Counted from the whole stretch's first letter, positions 35,949 to 49,829 are shown. The stretch is 63,306 nucleotides of DNA, filler included, from Nemertoderma westbladi (GCA_032718475.1; 3 parts of 3 records of this genome joined end to end with filler, not necessarily neighbours in it); one strand, 5' to 3'. Notes: generated from the sequence alone by a model not told the origin. A program made the numbers and translations.

Positions 35949-37683
35949 GTTACAAGGCCAGAACAAAAGGTTACAAGGCCAGAACAAAAGGTTACAAGGC
36001 CAGAACAAAAGGTTACAAGTCAAGAACAAAAGGTTACAAGGCAAGAACAAAAGGTTACAAGGCAAGAACAAAAGGTTACAAGGCAAGAACAAAAGGTTAC
36101 TAGGCCAGAAAAAAAGGTTACAAGGCAAGAACAAAAGGTTACAAGGCCAGAACAAAAGGTTACAAGGCAAGAACAACATGTTACAAGGCAAGAACAAAAG
36201 GTTACAAGGCCAGAAAAAAGGTTACAAGGCCAGAATAAAAGGTTACAAGGCAAGAACAAAAGGTTACAAGGCAAGAACAAAAGGTTACAAGGCAAGAACA
36301 AAAGGTTACAAGGCAAGAACAAAAGGATACAATGCAAGAACAAAGGGTTACAAGGCAATAACAAAAGGTTACAAGGCCAGAATAAAAGGTTACAAGGCAA
36401 GAACAAAAGGTTTCAAGGCAAGAACGAAAGGTTACAAGGCAAGGGCAAAAGGTTACAAGGCCAGAACAAAAGGTTACAAGGCCAGAACAAAAGGTTACAA
36501 GGCAAGAACAAAAGGTTACAAGGCAAGAACAAAAGGTTACAAGATAAGAACAAAAGGTTACAAGGCAAGAACAAAAGGTTACAAGGCCAGAACAAAAGGT
36601 TACAAGGTCAGAACAAAAGGTTACAAGGTAAGAACAAAAGGTTACAAGGCAAGAACAAAAGGTTACAAGGCAAGAACAAAAGGTTACAAGGCAAGAACAA
36701 AAGGTTACAAGGCCAGAACAAAAGGTTACAAGGCCAGAACAAAAGGTTACAAGGCCAGAACAAAAGGTTACAAGGCAAGAACAAAAGGTTACAAGGCAAG
36801 AACAAAATGTTACAAGGCAAGAACAAAAGGTTACAAGGCAAGAACAAAGGGTTACAAAGCAAGAACAAAAGGTTACAAGGCCAGAACAAAAGGTTACAAG
36901 GCAAGAACAAAAGGTTACAAAGCCAGAACAAAAGGTTACAAGGCAAGAACAAAAGGTGACAAGGCCAGAACAAAAGGTTACAAGGCCTGAACAAAAGGTT
37001 ATAAGGCAAGAACAAAAGGTTACAAGGCAAGAACAAAAGGTGACAAGGCCAGAACAAAAGGTTACAAGGCCAGAACAAAAGGTTATAAAGCAAGAACAAA
37101 AGGTTAAAAGGCAAGAACAAAATGTTACAAGGCAAGAACAAAAGGTTACAAGGCCAGAACAAAAGGTTACAAGGCAAGAACAAAAGGTTACAAGGCCAGA
37201 ACAAAAGGTTACAAGGCAAGAACAAAAGGTTACAAGGAAGAACAAAAGGTTACAAGGCCAGAACAAAAGGTTACAAGGCAAGAACAAAAGGTTACAAGGC
37301 CAGAACAAAAGGTTACAAGGCAAGAACAACAGGCTACAAGGCCAGAACAAAAGGTTACAAGGCAAGAACAAAAGGTTACAAGGCAAGAACAAAAGGTTAC
37401 AAGGCCAGAACAAAAGGTTACAAGGTAAGAACAAACCAAAGGTTACAAGGCCAGAACAAAAGGTTACAAGGCAAGATCAAAAGGTTACAAGGCCAGAACA
37501 AAATACAAGGCAAGAACAAAAGGTTACAAGGACAGAAGAAAAGGTTACAAGGCCAGAACAAAAGGTTACAAGGCAAGAATAAAAGGTTACAAGGCAAGAA
37601 CAAAAGGTTACAAGGCAAGAACAAAAGATTACAAGGCAAGAACAAAAGGTTACAAGGCCAGAACAAAAGGTTACAAGGACAGA
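35949..37683. repeat. 21-bp minisatellite, about 82 copies
   Basis: GGTTACAAGGC(A/C)AGAACAAAA. Confidence 0.98.
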
Positions 37684-38601
37684 AATTATTGTCACATCTG
37701 CATTGTTATTCCAAAGCAATTTATTAAACGAGACGTCAGTTTTAGGTTATAGAAAAATAACAATAGAATATTTGTCTCTATAAGTTATTATTGGAAAGAC
37801 GGCTATACTATGAAAAATTGTCCTTCCTCGAGATTTACTGATGCCAGGCAGACAGGGACAGCTATGATCAAATATGTAATGTAATGAACATTTTCCAAAG
37901 TTAAACCGATGTTAACATGCATTCGTCGCAATAAAATATTTATATTTATTCAGGACAATTGTCCGGGTCAAAGGGGCCAGCGCAACTGGGAGCCAGGCAA
38001 TTCGGACCAATTTTCAAAAATCATATTTTAAATTATATGGGTCCGAATTGCCCAGGGCCGTGTCCAAGTTTTCAGTATCACCATATTGAGAACGGATATT
38101 TGGACTTTATTTTGGACACGAGTTCTTCGACACGGTGTTACATGTTGATGTTGGTATTAGTATGAGTACGAATGATGGGAGGGGGGCCAACCAACTGCTC
38201 CTCAGTTTATTATAACAGGTTGTTTCTAATGTTGGGCAATTTGTTAACTCCAAGAAGACCAATCATTTTTGTCAACAAGCCGATACGAATGAACGCTGCA
38301 CCACAGCAAGCCAATTATTGTATTGTGGTGGCACTATATTTTTGTTAACCCATTATAGCATGTGCAGCTGCAATATAGCAGAGAAGGCCGATTATGGATA
38401 GATATACGAATATTAATGATGTCTTCATTTCGTATGTTTGGTAGGGTCGTAGTTCGTAGGGTTATACAAATAATGCAAATAGAAATAATTGTAGGCCTAT
38501 AGGCCGACTGCCGAGTGATTTAATATCTGTAAAATACAAGTAAAAATACAATAAATATACAATTAAAATATTAAATTTAACTTAATTAAATACTAAAATC
38601 A

Positions 38602-39057
38602 TTACAAATATTCACTAGTTTCGGGCCCTCTAGTGGTCGGTTGCGGTATTACCGCGATGGGCCCTATATGCGATAACAAATTGTCCCCTCCGGTTGCTGG
38701 GGTAACCGAGTTACGTTCTGCGTCGTATTGCGGACGAGTGATGAGTTTCTCTGTTTCTATGACGACGCCGTGTCGCGCCAACGTCGTCCGTAGCAACTCG
38801 GCCTCGGCGTTCAAGGCCTCGTTAGTTTGTTGTAACCGGGACAACTGATGTTCTAGAACAGCGACGCGCTCGCTCAGCGTGGATATCCGCATCTCGGCGC
38901 GGATCTGCACGGCTTGGATTATTCCGTTGACGATTCGCGCCACCCGCCAGAGACGCAGAACGAGGATGAGGTTGAGGGTGGTGGACCAAGTGGACTCGTG
39001 GTGGAGGTAAACAACATCGATGATGAAGGAGATTGTAACAATGACGCAGTCGAAAAC
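38602..39057 (-). CDS. HVCN1: Voltage-gated proton channel Hv1, last exon (S3, S4, coiled coil)
   Basis: tag acceptor at 39059-39058; VFDCVIVTISFIID...LILVLRLWRVARIVNGII then heptad coiled coil; TAA at 38602-38604. Confidence 0.95.
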   Translation of the reverse strand, partial: VFDCVIVTISFIIDVVYLHHESTWSTTLNLILVLRLWRVARIVNGIIQAVQIRAEMRISTLSERVAVLEHQLSRLQQTNEALNAEAELLRTTLARHGVVIETEKLITRPQYDAERNSVTPATGGDNLLSHIGPIAVIPQPTTRGPETSEYL

Positions 39058-39550
39058 CTACCCGATACAAATAATATAAAATAACAAAATTAATATAACA
39101 ATTCAAAATAACAATATTAATGTTTATAAAGGTGAAACGGACAGTTACCGTAGGGTACATACATTCAGTTAGAGCTACATACTAAGTTGATATTTATAAT
39201 ATCCGCTTGCCTCACCGCCGTCACTTTCTGAGGATACCATCTAACATTGCACCACACAAAAAGAACAAAATATTGTAATAGGTCTAATATTATAAAAGGA
39301 AAAATAATTCCTTGCGGTCTTTGGCTACCACAAACATCTGAGTTCATGCAGGAGGTTGGTGGCTGGATTCAACTACAATGTGGACCAGGTGGTACTGATC
39401 ATCTGCACTGCCTGTCGGTCGCTATATTAGTAAACCTGGGAATGTGGCGTCCATAGTCGGAACCGTAAAAACCTCCCTCAGTACCAACGAGTCCTACTGG
39501 GTGCTACCCCACCACCACCACCACATCCCCTCGTAATCTTGGCCACTAAC

Positions 39551-39685
39551 CTCAAACTTGCGTTTGAAAAACTTTAATCCCAATGCGAAAATCTTGAGAA
39601 TAAATTCCATAACAAATATGGAGAGAATGGCGATACTGCATAGATGGAGAATTTTAGGTACATTATGATTCTTAACATCGAGTAT
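39551..39685 (-). CDS. HVCN1: Hv1 middle coding exon (S2)
   Basis: ttcag acceptor, GAG|gttagt donor, 135 nt phase 0-0; ILHLCSIAILSIFVMEFILKIFALGLKFFKRKFE. Confidence 0.95.
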
Positions 39686-39920
39686 CTGAAATTAATAAAT
39701 ATCATTTATTAGAAACAATTTATTTCTTTAGTTACCAAACGAGAAATAAAAAGCTATACTTTATTGATTTCTTCTCCCTTTGGAACTTATCTCATGACAG
39801 CTGATCAATGGTTGCTGCAACTAATCTGCTCACAGATGTTTTCTATTTTATGTTGCTTTTACACGGTAAAGTATTTACATTTTGCTTGACTAAAAGTACA
39901 TTAAAAACCGGTTGCACTAA

Positions 39921-40345
39921 GGTGCAGTGCCAGCGGCCCAGGCACATATCGCCCCCAGATCCTACGGTCACCCATACACAGTGCCGGCGGCCCAGGCGCC
40001 AGGCACATATCGCCCCATATCTCATGGTCAGCCATACACAGTGCGGGCGGCCCAGGCGCCAGGCACATATCGCCCCCCAGATCTCACGGTCAGCCATACA
40101 CAGTGCCGGCGGCCCAGGCGCCAGGCACATATCGCCCCCATATCTCATGGTCAGCCATACACAGTGCCGGCGGCCCAGGCGCCAGGCACATATCGCCCCC
40201 ATATCTCATGGTCAGCCAAACACAGTGCCGGCGGCCCAGGCGCCAGGCACATATCGCCCCCAGATCTCACGGTTAGCCATACACAGTGCCGGCGGCACAG
40301 GCGCCAGGCACATATCGCCCCCAGATCTCACGGTCAGCCATACAT
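39921..40345. repeat. About 61-bp GC-rich minisatellite, 7 copies, in Hv1 intron
   Basis: CAGTGC recurs at 39925, 39979, 40039, 40101, 40162, 40223, 40284. Confidence 0.95.
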
Positions 40346-40914
40346 ACTTTCCCAATTCATCCCTGTTCCCATGTCCAGTCTCCTTTCAGTGTTTGAGGAA
40401 AGTCATTTGCTGTCCACCACACCTCGGTGGCCCACGGTGGCGTGCTGCCAGTGGAAACCTTGCCCAGAAAGCTTCAGGCGGCGTCTCAACGGTGTGATGC
40501 TGGGTCTTGTAAATGAGATGTTTTCATACTGTAGTTGTATAACAACCACCTCATTGCTTATGTTGGCATCATAGGCAGTGTTATGCCCGCTGCTCAGCAT
40601 TCAGGTATTTGTACCTGTACCATAGCTGCATAGTTACTGGAATAATAAATTGACAACAAAATAGAAAAAGTTTTATAGGCGCCGTTTTTTAAAATTCATT
40701 GTTTCATTTGGAAAAGAGTTCGTTTCACCTCCCTCCTCATAGGCAGATGAGTCAGAATTTTTATTTTTGCTCCCAATCTTTAGCTACAAGCTTTTAAAAA
40801 GGCGATATTTCCCCATTGATACTTGTAGTGGATTGTTGGTATTGAATTTCATTGAGGAATGTCTGAGATATCTCTGAGACATCTCTGAGATGTCTGAGTC
40901 AGAGAGATGTCTGA

Positions 40915-41985
40915 GGAATTCTAGATAACGGCGAATCAGCCTGCGTAATCTACATAGATCTTAAAAAGGCGTTTGATACCTTGGACCACGGAGTAGGGGG
41001 TCGGCAGTTACATTTGTTTTCAGATTATTTAACAGGCCGCACTCAGTGGGTTTCTGTGCGTTCTGCGAGCTCAACAGAAAAACTCATAACATGTGGTATA
41101 CCACAGGGATCTATTTTGGGGCCGCTATTATTTTTTTCATTATACATTAACAATCTTCCGAATAGTAATAAATTTTTGACAACCCTTTTTGCTGACGACA
41201 CTACAGTATCTTAATGTGCCACTCACATAATCATAATATTTTAATTGACACTGTAATCTCAGAATTTTGTTAATATATCAAATTGGCTGGCCTATAACAA
41301 ATTATCATTAAATATTATTAAAGTTATTAAATTATTAATTAAATTAATTAATTAAATTAAATTAAATTATTATTAAAGTTATTTTTCAAACTCAAAATTA
41401 CCACACTCGGGACTTCCAATGGTTAAAATTAAAGAACTGCAATTACTAAGGCGGCAGGGGTCAAATATTTAGGTGTATTCATTGACGATAGGCTTACCTT
41501 TAAATTATATATGTACAGTAGGCCTATGTTCTTAAAAAAGTATCGAAATCCAGTGGTATATTTTACAAACTTCGTCATATTTTCCCCTTGCATATTCTTA
41601 GAACTATATTTTTTGCTTTAATATATATCCTTACGTTATTAACGGTTTCATTGTTTGGGGGGCTACTTGTGACTCAATTTTAAATCCTATAAGGTCAAAA
41701 ATAATAAAATTAAAGGTGTTAGTTACCTCTAGAGAATTTATATAAATACCAAGTTTGTAAACTACAGTAATGTATGATATAAACTATAATATTGGTGACA
41801 TTCTCACAACACACGTTCTGCAGCGTCGGGTTTATATATGTTACCTAGAGGTCGCCACAATGTGGCTAATCAATCACTGGCTCTTCAAGGATCGTTAATG
41901 TGGAACAGTCTAAATTCCGAACTACGTTAAATTACAAGCAAATCTTTATTTTTAAATAAATTAAAATTGTTCTTATTAAACTGAA
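40915..41985 (+). mobile_element. Decayed L2/CR1-group LINE in Hv1 intron
   Basis: DNGESACVIYIDLKKAFDTLDH, CGIPQGSILGPLLF, LFADDT, VKYLGVFIDDRLTF. Confidence 0.85.
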
Positions 41986-42955
41986 ATATTTATATGCAGA
42001 TATTTCTCCCTTATAACTCATAATTACCGTTGCCGTTTCCTCATGTAAGTCTCTTTTAGAGCATTGAGTTTAATATTTTTATCTCAAATAAATGTACTGC
42101 TTTCAATGACACCATGTAGGGTAGTTAAAGGTCTCATCCGCACGCGCTCACACCAATTTCACCTCACCTGGGCACGGGTTTGCGCTGTATGTTTATCTCA
42201 CCCGGGCTAGGAGTCACGCTTCATTTTGTCTCACCCGGGCGCGGGGTCACGCTTCATTTTTGTCTCACCCGGGCGCGGGGTTACTGTAATATTACAGTAG
42301 CCTATATGTATGTATACTATACTGTATGTGCGTTACATAACAGATACCCATGTAGTCTAAAACGGTGTGGAGTGAAACTATGAGCTAATGATATAAGTAG
42401 CAGCAACTACTACCCATCTAACACGGGCTATCGTACAAAATTGACTAGATAGCAAATAAAACAGGGACATCCATTATACAGTAGGCCTAAGCTGCTAAGC
42501 AATTATTATTGAATTCAAATATTGATTTTCTACTTACGCAATCCAATTCTGTCATTCATTGTCACTTACAGTTTATCCGGCATATGGCATTTATAGTAAT
42601 ATTAGATAAGAGACGACATGCTTTATTATGGACACACAAAAGGGTTAGGGTTTTCATTGAAGGCATGTCCTGCGTATAATAAACTAGCGCATTCATGCGG
42701 GACTAATTTCAACCAAACTAATTCAACCTGAAGTTCTTCCTTAGTGGAAGAGGCGGGTCCCCTTAGCAGGAATATAATTGTTGCCACCCCCAATCAATAA
42801 TTCCCGGGAAACGGACAACAAAGATAGTGGAGATCCCAGCTGTGACTCAGATAACATAATTCAGGTCAATGAAAAAATAATTATTACGTAATAAATTATA
42901 GTTAATATCTCTGGAACATAATAATAAAAAATATATATTCCTCTCATTTACTTAC

Positions 42956-43252
42956 TTTTACATCGATTAACAGCTCAGCAACAACCATAATACTATCAAC
43001 AACAACCAGTATTACTATAGCAATATGAATCCAATTGGATTCGAGTCCATGTTTCAGAGCATCTCGTACACGGTTTACTCTCTCTTTATTCAGTTGACTC
43101 GAATGCTTGGCTACCGGTGTAAGTGGTGTCTGAGACTCGCTGTTAGGTAGTCCGGTGAAATAGGATGAGTTTGGTGGCGTTTCATGTTGTCCCGAAAAAT
43201 ATGACTGGGGACGCACAGTCTCATCTTCTAGTTTTTGGAATTCCACTTCCAT
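42956..43252 (-). CDS. HVCN1: Hv1 first coding exon (N-terminus, S1)
   Basis: ATG 43252; LESNWIHIAIVILVVVDSIMVVAELLIDVK|gtaagt with the selectivity-filter Asp; three exons join in phase 0 to 295 aa; cttacag acceptor at 43291-43290 upstream of the ATG. Confidence 0.93.
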
Positions 43253-43606
43253 AATGGCCTATTTTTGAAACAGGATGCTGTTCAAAACTCTGTAAGATAG
43301 TTTTTATGAAACACTGAAACTCATATACTGTATATACAGTAGAATATTGGTTGTTTTACCTATTCCTACTTTTTTTTGCCATGATTTATCCAAGAATTTT
43401 CAATATTGTAGACGAATAACATCAGTCTATCAAAATATTTAATTATGCATGCAATGGGCTTGCTAAACTTATTAAAAATGGATACAGTGGATATTAAAAA
43501 CTAGCTCGAGTTTGCATGTTCAGTTTAATAAATTGTTAAACATACGAATAAATTATTACTTTCACTAGTCGAAAATAGAGATCCGATATGTGCATCGGAT
43601 GGATGC

Positions 43607-45534
43607 ACAGACGGACTAACAAACGGACTAACAGACGGACTAACAAACGGACTAACAAACGGACTAACAGACGGACTAACAGACGGACTAACAGACGGAC
43701 TAACAGACGGACTAACAGACGGACTAACAGACGGACTAAAAGACGCACTAACAGACGGACTAACAGACGGACTAACAAACGGACTAACAGACGGACTAAC
43801 AGACGGACTAACAGACGCACTAACAGACGGACTAACAGACGGACTAACAGACGGACTAACAGACGGACTAACAGACGCACTAACAGACGGACTGACAGAC
43901 GGACTAACAGACGCACTAACAGACGGACTAACAGACGGACTAACAGACGGACTAACAGAAGGACTAACAGACGGACTAACAGACGGACTGACAGACGGAC
44001 TAACAGACGCACTAACAGACGGACTAACAGACGGACTAACAGACGGACTAACAGACGGACTAACAGACGGACTAACAAACGGACGAACAGACGGACTAAC
44101 AGACGGACTAACAGACGGACTAACAGACGGACTAACAGACGCACTAACAGACGGACTAACAGACGGACTAACAGACGGCCTAACAGACGGACTAACAGAC
44201 GGACTAACAGACGGACTAACAGACGGACTAACAGACGGACTAACAAACGGACTAACAGACGGACTAACAGACGGACTAACAGACGGACTAACAGACGGAC
44301 TAACAGACGGACTAACAGAAGGACTAACAGACGGACTAACAGACGGACTGACAGACGGACTAACAGACGGACTAACAGACGGACTAACAGACGGACTAAC
44401 AGACGGACTAACAGACGGACTAACAGACGGGCTAACAGACGGACTAACAGACGGACTAAAAGACGGACTAACAGACGCACTAACAGACGGACTAACAGAC
44501 GGACTAACAGACGGACTAACAGACGGACTAACAGACGGACTAACAGACGGACTAACAGACGGACTAACAGACGGATTAACAGACGGACTAACAGACGGAC
44601 TAACAGACGGACTAACAGACGGACTAACAGACGGACTGACAGACGGACTAACAGACGGACTAACAGACGGACTAACAGACGGACTAACAGACGGACTAAC
44701 AGACGGACTAACAGACGGACTAACAGACGGACTAACAGACGGACTAACAGACGGATTAACAGACGGACTAACAGACGCACTAACAGACGGACTAACAGAC
44801 GGACTAACAGACGGACTAACAAACGGACTAACAGACGGACTAACAGACGGACTAACAGACGGACTAACAGACGGACTAACAGACGGACTAACAGACGGAC
44901 TAACAGACGGACTAACAGACGCACTAACAGACGGACTAACAGACGGACTAACAGACGGACTAACAGACGGACTAACAGACGGACTGACAGACGGACTAAC
45001 AGACGGACTAACAGACGGACTAACAGACGGACTAACAGACGGACTAACAGATGGACTAACAGACGGACTAACAGACGGGCTAACAGACGGACTAACAGAC
45101 GGACTAAAAGACGGACTAACAGACGCACTAACAGACGGACTAACAGACGGACTAACAGACGGACTAACAGACGGACTAACAGACGGACTAACAGACGGAC
45201 TAACAGACGGACTAACAGACGGATTAACAGACGGACTAACAGACGGACTAACAGACGGACTAACAGACGGACTAACAGACGGACTAACAGACGGACTAAC
45301 AGACGGACTGACAGACGGACTAACAGACGGACTAACAGACGGACTAACAGACGGACTAACAGACGGACTAACAGACGGACTAACAGACGGACTAACAGAC
45401 GGACTAACAGACGGACTAACAGACGGATTAACTGACGGACTAACAGACGGACTAACAGACGGACTAACAGACGGACTAACAGACGGATTAACAGACGGAC
45501 TAACAGACGGACTAACAGACGGACTAACAGACGG
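43607..45534. repeat. 12-bp minisatellite, about 160 copies
   Basis: ACAGACGGACTA, with recurring variants (ACGCACTA, AAACGG, CTGACAG). Confidence 0.98.
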
Positions 45535-46825
45535 CGGAAGGACTATGACCATCTTCCTTCCATATGGTCCGTATTAAACTCTGAGGCACACTGAATTCGT
45601 AGAAAAAAGATAGTCTGGATGGTATCATAATTAGTCTCCTACAGGACAGATTTGACTTTATGTGCTGTAAAAGCGACGATATGAATCATAACTCTGAGTA
45701 GGACTCAACAATTCACAATCAATGAATCACGCAATTTGGCTTGTACTTATATACTGGGATGTATCTTGACTGTTACTACAAAAGTATTAATGAACTCTAA
45801 TTAATTACAAATAAACAAACATGAGATTAATAATAAAACTGTTTAGCGGGAGCATCCATGATTTATAAAGATCCCTTTATTCTACGGCCACGGAACTCAC
45901 TCATTGGTTAAAGGGTTTCCTGAAGTAAATGGATGGGAAGGCAGAAGCATCGTTTAAACGGAAGTTGAGTTGCCGATAAATCGATGAACTTTAGAAATGA
46001 ACTGATAAACGTATTTATCCAGGTAAGCGGAATTGCAGGGAAATATTTGTATGATATGAATGGTGTCATTAAAATACTGGGGGTACACGCGCGCATATTT
46101 CTATTCTCCCACGAAGCAACGGAGAACAATGCCAGTTTGGAGTACTGGACATTAATGGACACTACAGTAGGCCTAAATGTGTCCCAAACGCCATTACCAC
46201 GACACTCGCATCATACCACAAGGAAAACAAGAAAGCATCAATGATTTAGAGCAAACCTGATCACAACCAGATAATATATCCTTTTGGCGTATTAAAACAT
46301 TCTGGACTGGGCATGTCAACCAGATATTGGACTTTCTACACAAGTCAAATTCATACATCTCCAGGGGAAAATAACGTAAATAACAGCTGATTACTCTCAA
46401 AAATAAAGATGTAACCTGTTCTATTGACTTATCGCTTATTACTTTGGTTAGAATAACGTGCCACTGTAACCTGATCCTTTCCACAAATTGATTATATAAC
46501 AGAGAGGACACCCCGATAACAATGTTAAATGATAACAACAATTGTTAAATTATATAATTTTACAGCACACTAAAATTAACATATATCTTATGACACGGCC
46601 TACAGTAAATTAGTGGTACAGGGTAAAAGGCACACCACAAACATATTATAATTTGAAACTTCCAAATGATACAGGGTCCCTGCATATTATTTAATCTGAC
46701 ACGTCGTATGAAGGCTATTGGGAAAAAATTAAAAATTTTGAAATTTTGCCCTGGTAAAAATCCGTCACTTTTCAAAGTAAATTGACACAGATTTGTGTGA
46801 AAGTAAGTTTAAGTTCTAGCGTTTT

Positions 46826-46925
46826 NNNNNNNNNNNNNNNNNNNNNNNNNNNNNNNNNNNNNNNNNNNNTTAATTAATTAANNNNNNNNNNNNNNNNNNN
46901 NNNNNNNNNNNNNNNNNNNNNNNNN
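46826..46925. other. Artificial contig linker
   Basis: N44-TTAATTAATTAA-N44. Confidence 0.97.
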
Positions 46926-47119
46926 CAAGGAGGAGGGAGGTGAAACTATCTCTGTTTCAAATTTCATGCAATCTCATTAAGATTTAAAACAATTTGGGGG
47001 GGGGGGGGGGGGGGCGGTCCAGGTACTTGAATAACGACACTATATTCCAGGACAAGGTATAATGGTGATACTGTCAACAAATTTTGAAGAATATGGTGCA
47101 TGTGTTAAATACAAAGCGC

Positions 47120-47519
47120 ACAAGGATTCCAAATACAGATGTAACACAATTTGAATTTCGTTGAAAAATAGCTGAGATATGAGCGTTCAAATGTTGCATG
47201 GTTTTGCATGAGTGAGGCCATTTTTATTCTATTTAATAAATGCATCATAATCTGGAACATTTTGTGTATCCAAATACGTAGCTAGCTGGGCAACAATAAC
47301 AATGCATTAGTAATCATACTATTTTCACAGTAATATAAATAATAGCTATTACGTAGCTATTTGTACATTAACAAAATGTTCCAGACTATGATGTATTTAT
47401 TAAATACTGTAGAATAAAATATCCTCGCGCCGGTGCAAAGCCATGCAACTTTTGAACGCTCATATCTTAGCTATTTTTCAACGAAATTCAAATTGTGTTA
47501 CATATTTGGTATCCTTGTA
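47120..47519. mobile_element. Long-TIR palindromic MITE
   Basis: 47120-47265 is the reverse complement of 47372-47519 apart from small indels. Confidence 0.85.
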
Positions 47520-48236
47520 CGGTCAGCTTTCTATCAGTACCAACCAATCACTATAAGGTTGAATAATAACTGCGGTGTAACTGGTGTAATATCGCTGGAG
47601 ACACTTTTTTTTAAACGTTTGTAGCTAAAGATTGAAAGCAAAAATAAAAATTCTGGCTCACCCAGTCAGTGGTCGGGAGGTGAAACTATCTCTGTTTCAA
47701 ATTTCATGCAATCTCATTAAGATTTGTAGAAAAATTGGGAGGGGGGGGGGGGGGGGGGGGGGGTGTCACTGAATTACGACACTATATTTTGCGACATGGT
47801 GTATGTGCTAAAAGTAGTTAGTACGGCTGAAGTAATAGTAGTGACTTGGCGCCTGGCGCAATCAGAAAATTAACCAAATAACCCTGATTACATGTTAGAT
47901 ACTAGTTCGCCCTTATTGTTTTCCACTTGGTAAAGTTTCCTTGATTTTTATGTATTATGTTCTAGAACATAGTTAACATTCATCCAACATAATATTTTTA
48001 TGGTAGCTACTAGTTTCCAAAATAATGGCTATTAAAAAACATTATTAAAAAAAAAAAATTTTTTATAAATTTTTTGTTTTTTTATAGAATATTTTGCGAT
48101 TTCTATTTAGCTAAAATAATTTTCAATACAAGCAAGGCCAGCGTAATACAAGGCCTGCTTACTACATTCTAGAATACCTCGATCAGCTGATATAAGAAGT
48201 CATACTTATTGGCATTTTATTATTGTAATAAGGCAA

Positions 48237-48416
48237 GGCCGCGTCCACACAACCGAGTCAAAGTCAAAAGACAAAAATGTAAAACACATCACATGAAATT
48301 TAATTTTTCCTAGAATGCTCTTATGTATAAGGCCTATATAATGTATTACTATTTATTATTGCTAGCTAGCTATATTTATTTTCTTTTGACTTTGACTCGG
48401 TAGTGTGAACGCGGCC
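48237..48416. mobile_element. Small Harbinger-like MITE
   Basis: TIR GGCCGCGT(C/T)CACAC(A/T)ACCGAGTCAAAGTCAAAAGA; flanks CAA/TAA. Confidence 0.8.
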
Positions 48417-49082
48417 TAAAATAACAATATTTCAAAGTTGTGTTACTCGGGCTGACGAAAATACAATTAATCATACAATAATATCAAATTAAAGAAGAAA
48501 GGCATGGCATTAAGATGCCTTGTGTCACTTTTGTTTGTTAGGCTCGCATTTCGCAGAATAACCCTTTAATTGCTACTAAATATTCCACCTATATTTGCCG
48601 TGTTTTATTTAGAAAACGTAGGCTTATGCCTAATTATAAATAGGATAGAAGTAGATCGGAAAACTGAATATACGATGTAAATTTCTGATTAACTCTAGTC
48701 GAGCATTGTATATTCAGAGTTAATGTTTAGTTTGTGTTTTGGTGGGTGTTTCATGGGGCCTACAATTCGCCTTACTACACTGAAACTCGTTGCAACTGGC
48801 TGCGAGAGAATCCCGGACGAACCACTAACGAACCTTCGTCTCATTCTGACCTTCGACCCAATACCGCTGAATAACGTTCCTTGAAGCCTGCTGCTGAAGA
48901 TGGGATTGGCGTCAAGTCTCCCCCTATTATTTTATTGATCTTTGATTGATTTTATTGATTTATTTGATCAGCTGATCGAGGGGGGTGAGCAGGCCTTGTA
49001 TTAATTACGATGGCCATGATACAACCAAAAATGCTAGCAACCATAAAAAAACACTAGCTATGCACCATATAAAACAAGTTAC

Positions 49083-49829
49083 GTGATCCACGAAGCTAAG
49101 GAATATCAACTACTTTCGCTAAGAAAGATTTTCCTTAGCTGAGATGGTCTATTCATAGTGGGCTATTTTACTTGTATGGGGCAGATTTGGTCCTTTTTGG
49201 TTGCAGCCAAAACTTGCCTTTAAAAGTGCCCTGAAACTTTCCATGGCAACGGACTTCGAAAAAAGTCTTTGTATTTGAAGTCAATATTTTTAACTCTATT
49301 TGTAACAAAATCGCAATAAATATAAACTTAGGGTTTCGCAACTCAACTATAAGGTCCATAGCAGAGCCGATTGAAGTTAATTAGAAAATCGTGTTACCAT
49401 GGCAACCAGGCTAAACAGATGTTAAAATTTATAAAATGATAATTTGAAGCACAAGTTAAAGGTGTTATGTATTGGGACCAACCCCTACCCCAACTATATT
49501 ACTTATTCTGCATCAAAATTACGTAGTGAATGACATTGAATTTACTATTTATCAGTTTCCATGACAACCACTGCAAAGATGCATTTTGATACAAAAATCG
49601 GTCATTTAGGCATATAATATGCAATAATATATTCTGAAAAGCGGTATGTGTCATCTGAACAACAGTCAAGATAATTTTTTATTGCTTAAATTGACAATTA
49701 CATTAAAATCTAGTTTCCTTGGCAATGGGAGGTAAATAAAGGCAAATAAGTCTACCTCTTAGCTAACTAGGCTAATAAATAAACGAATGAGTCAAAGTTT
49801 GTTAAATTTTCCTTAGCTTTGTGGTTACA
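49083..49829 (+). mobile_element. Non-autonomous TIR element, same family as 2965-3920
   Basis: Ends GTGATCCACGAAGCTAAGGAA / TTCCTTAGCTTTGTGGTTAC; internal sequence aligns with 2970-3400. Confidence 0.8.

Noticed and set aside
35865-37727. Many long ORFs (KGYKART, FLPCNLL, VTFCSCL repeats)
   Set aside because: Translations of a stop-free 21-bp minisatellite, open in several frames on both strands
39808-40574. ORFs over the 61-bp repeat
   Set aside because: Intronic minisatellite in Hv1; unit length not a multiple of three
43525-45552. 675-, 615- and 530-aa ORFs (SPSV, TNRR, LLVR repeats)
   Set aside because: By-products of the 12-bp array; no unique coding flanks
45860-46560. Possible decayed LINE coding remnant (also 60330-60480)
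   Set aside because: Too degenerate to assign a family from sequence alone
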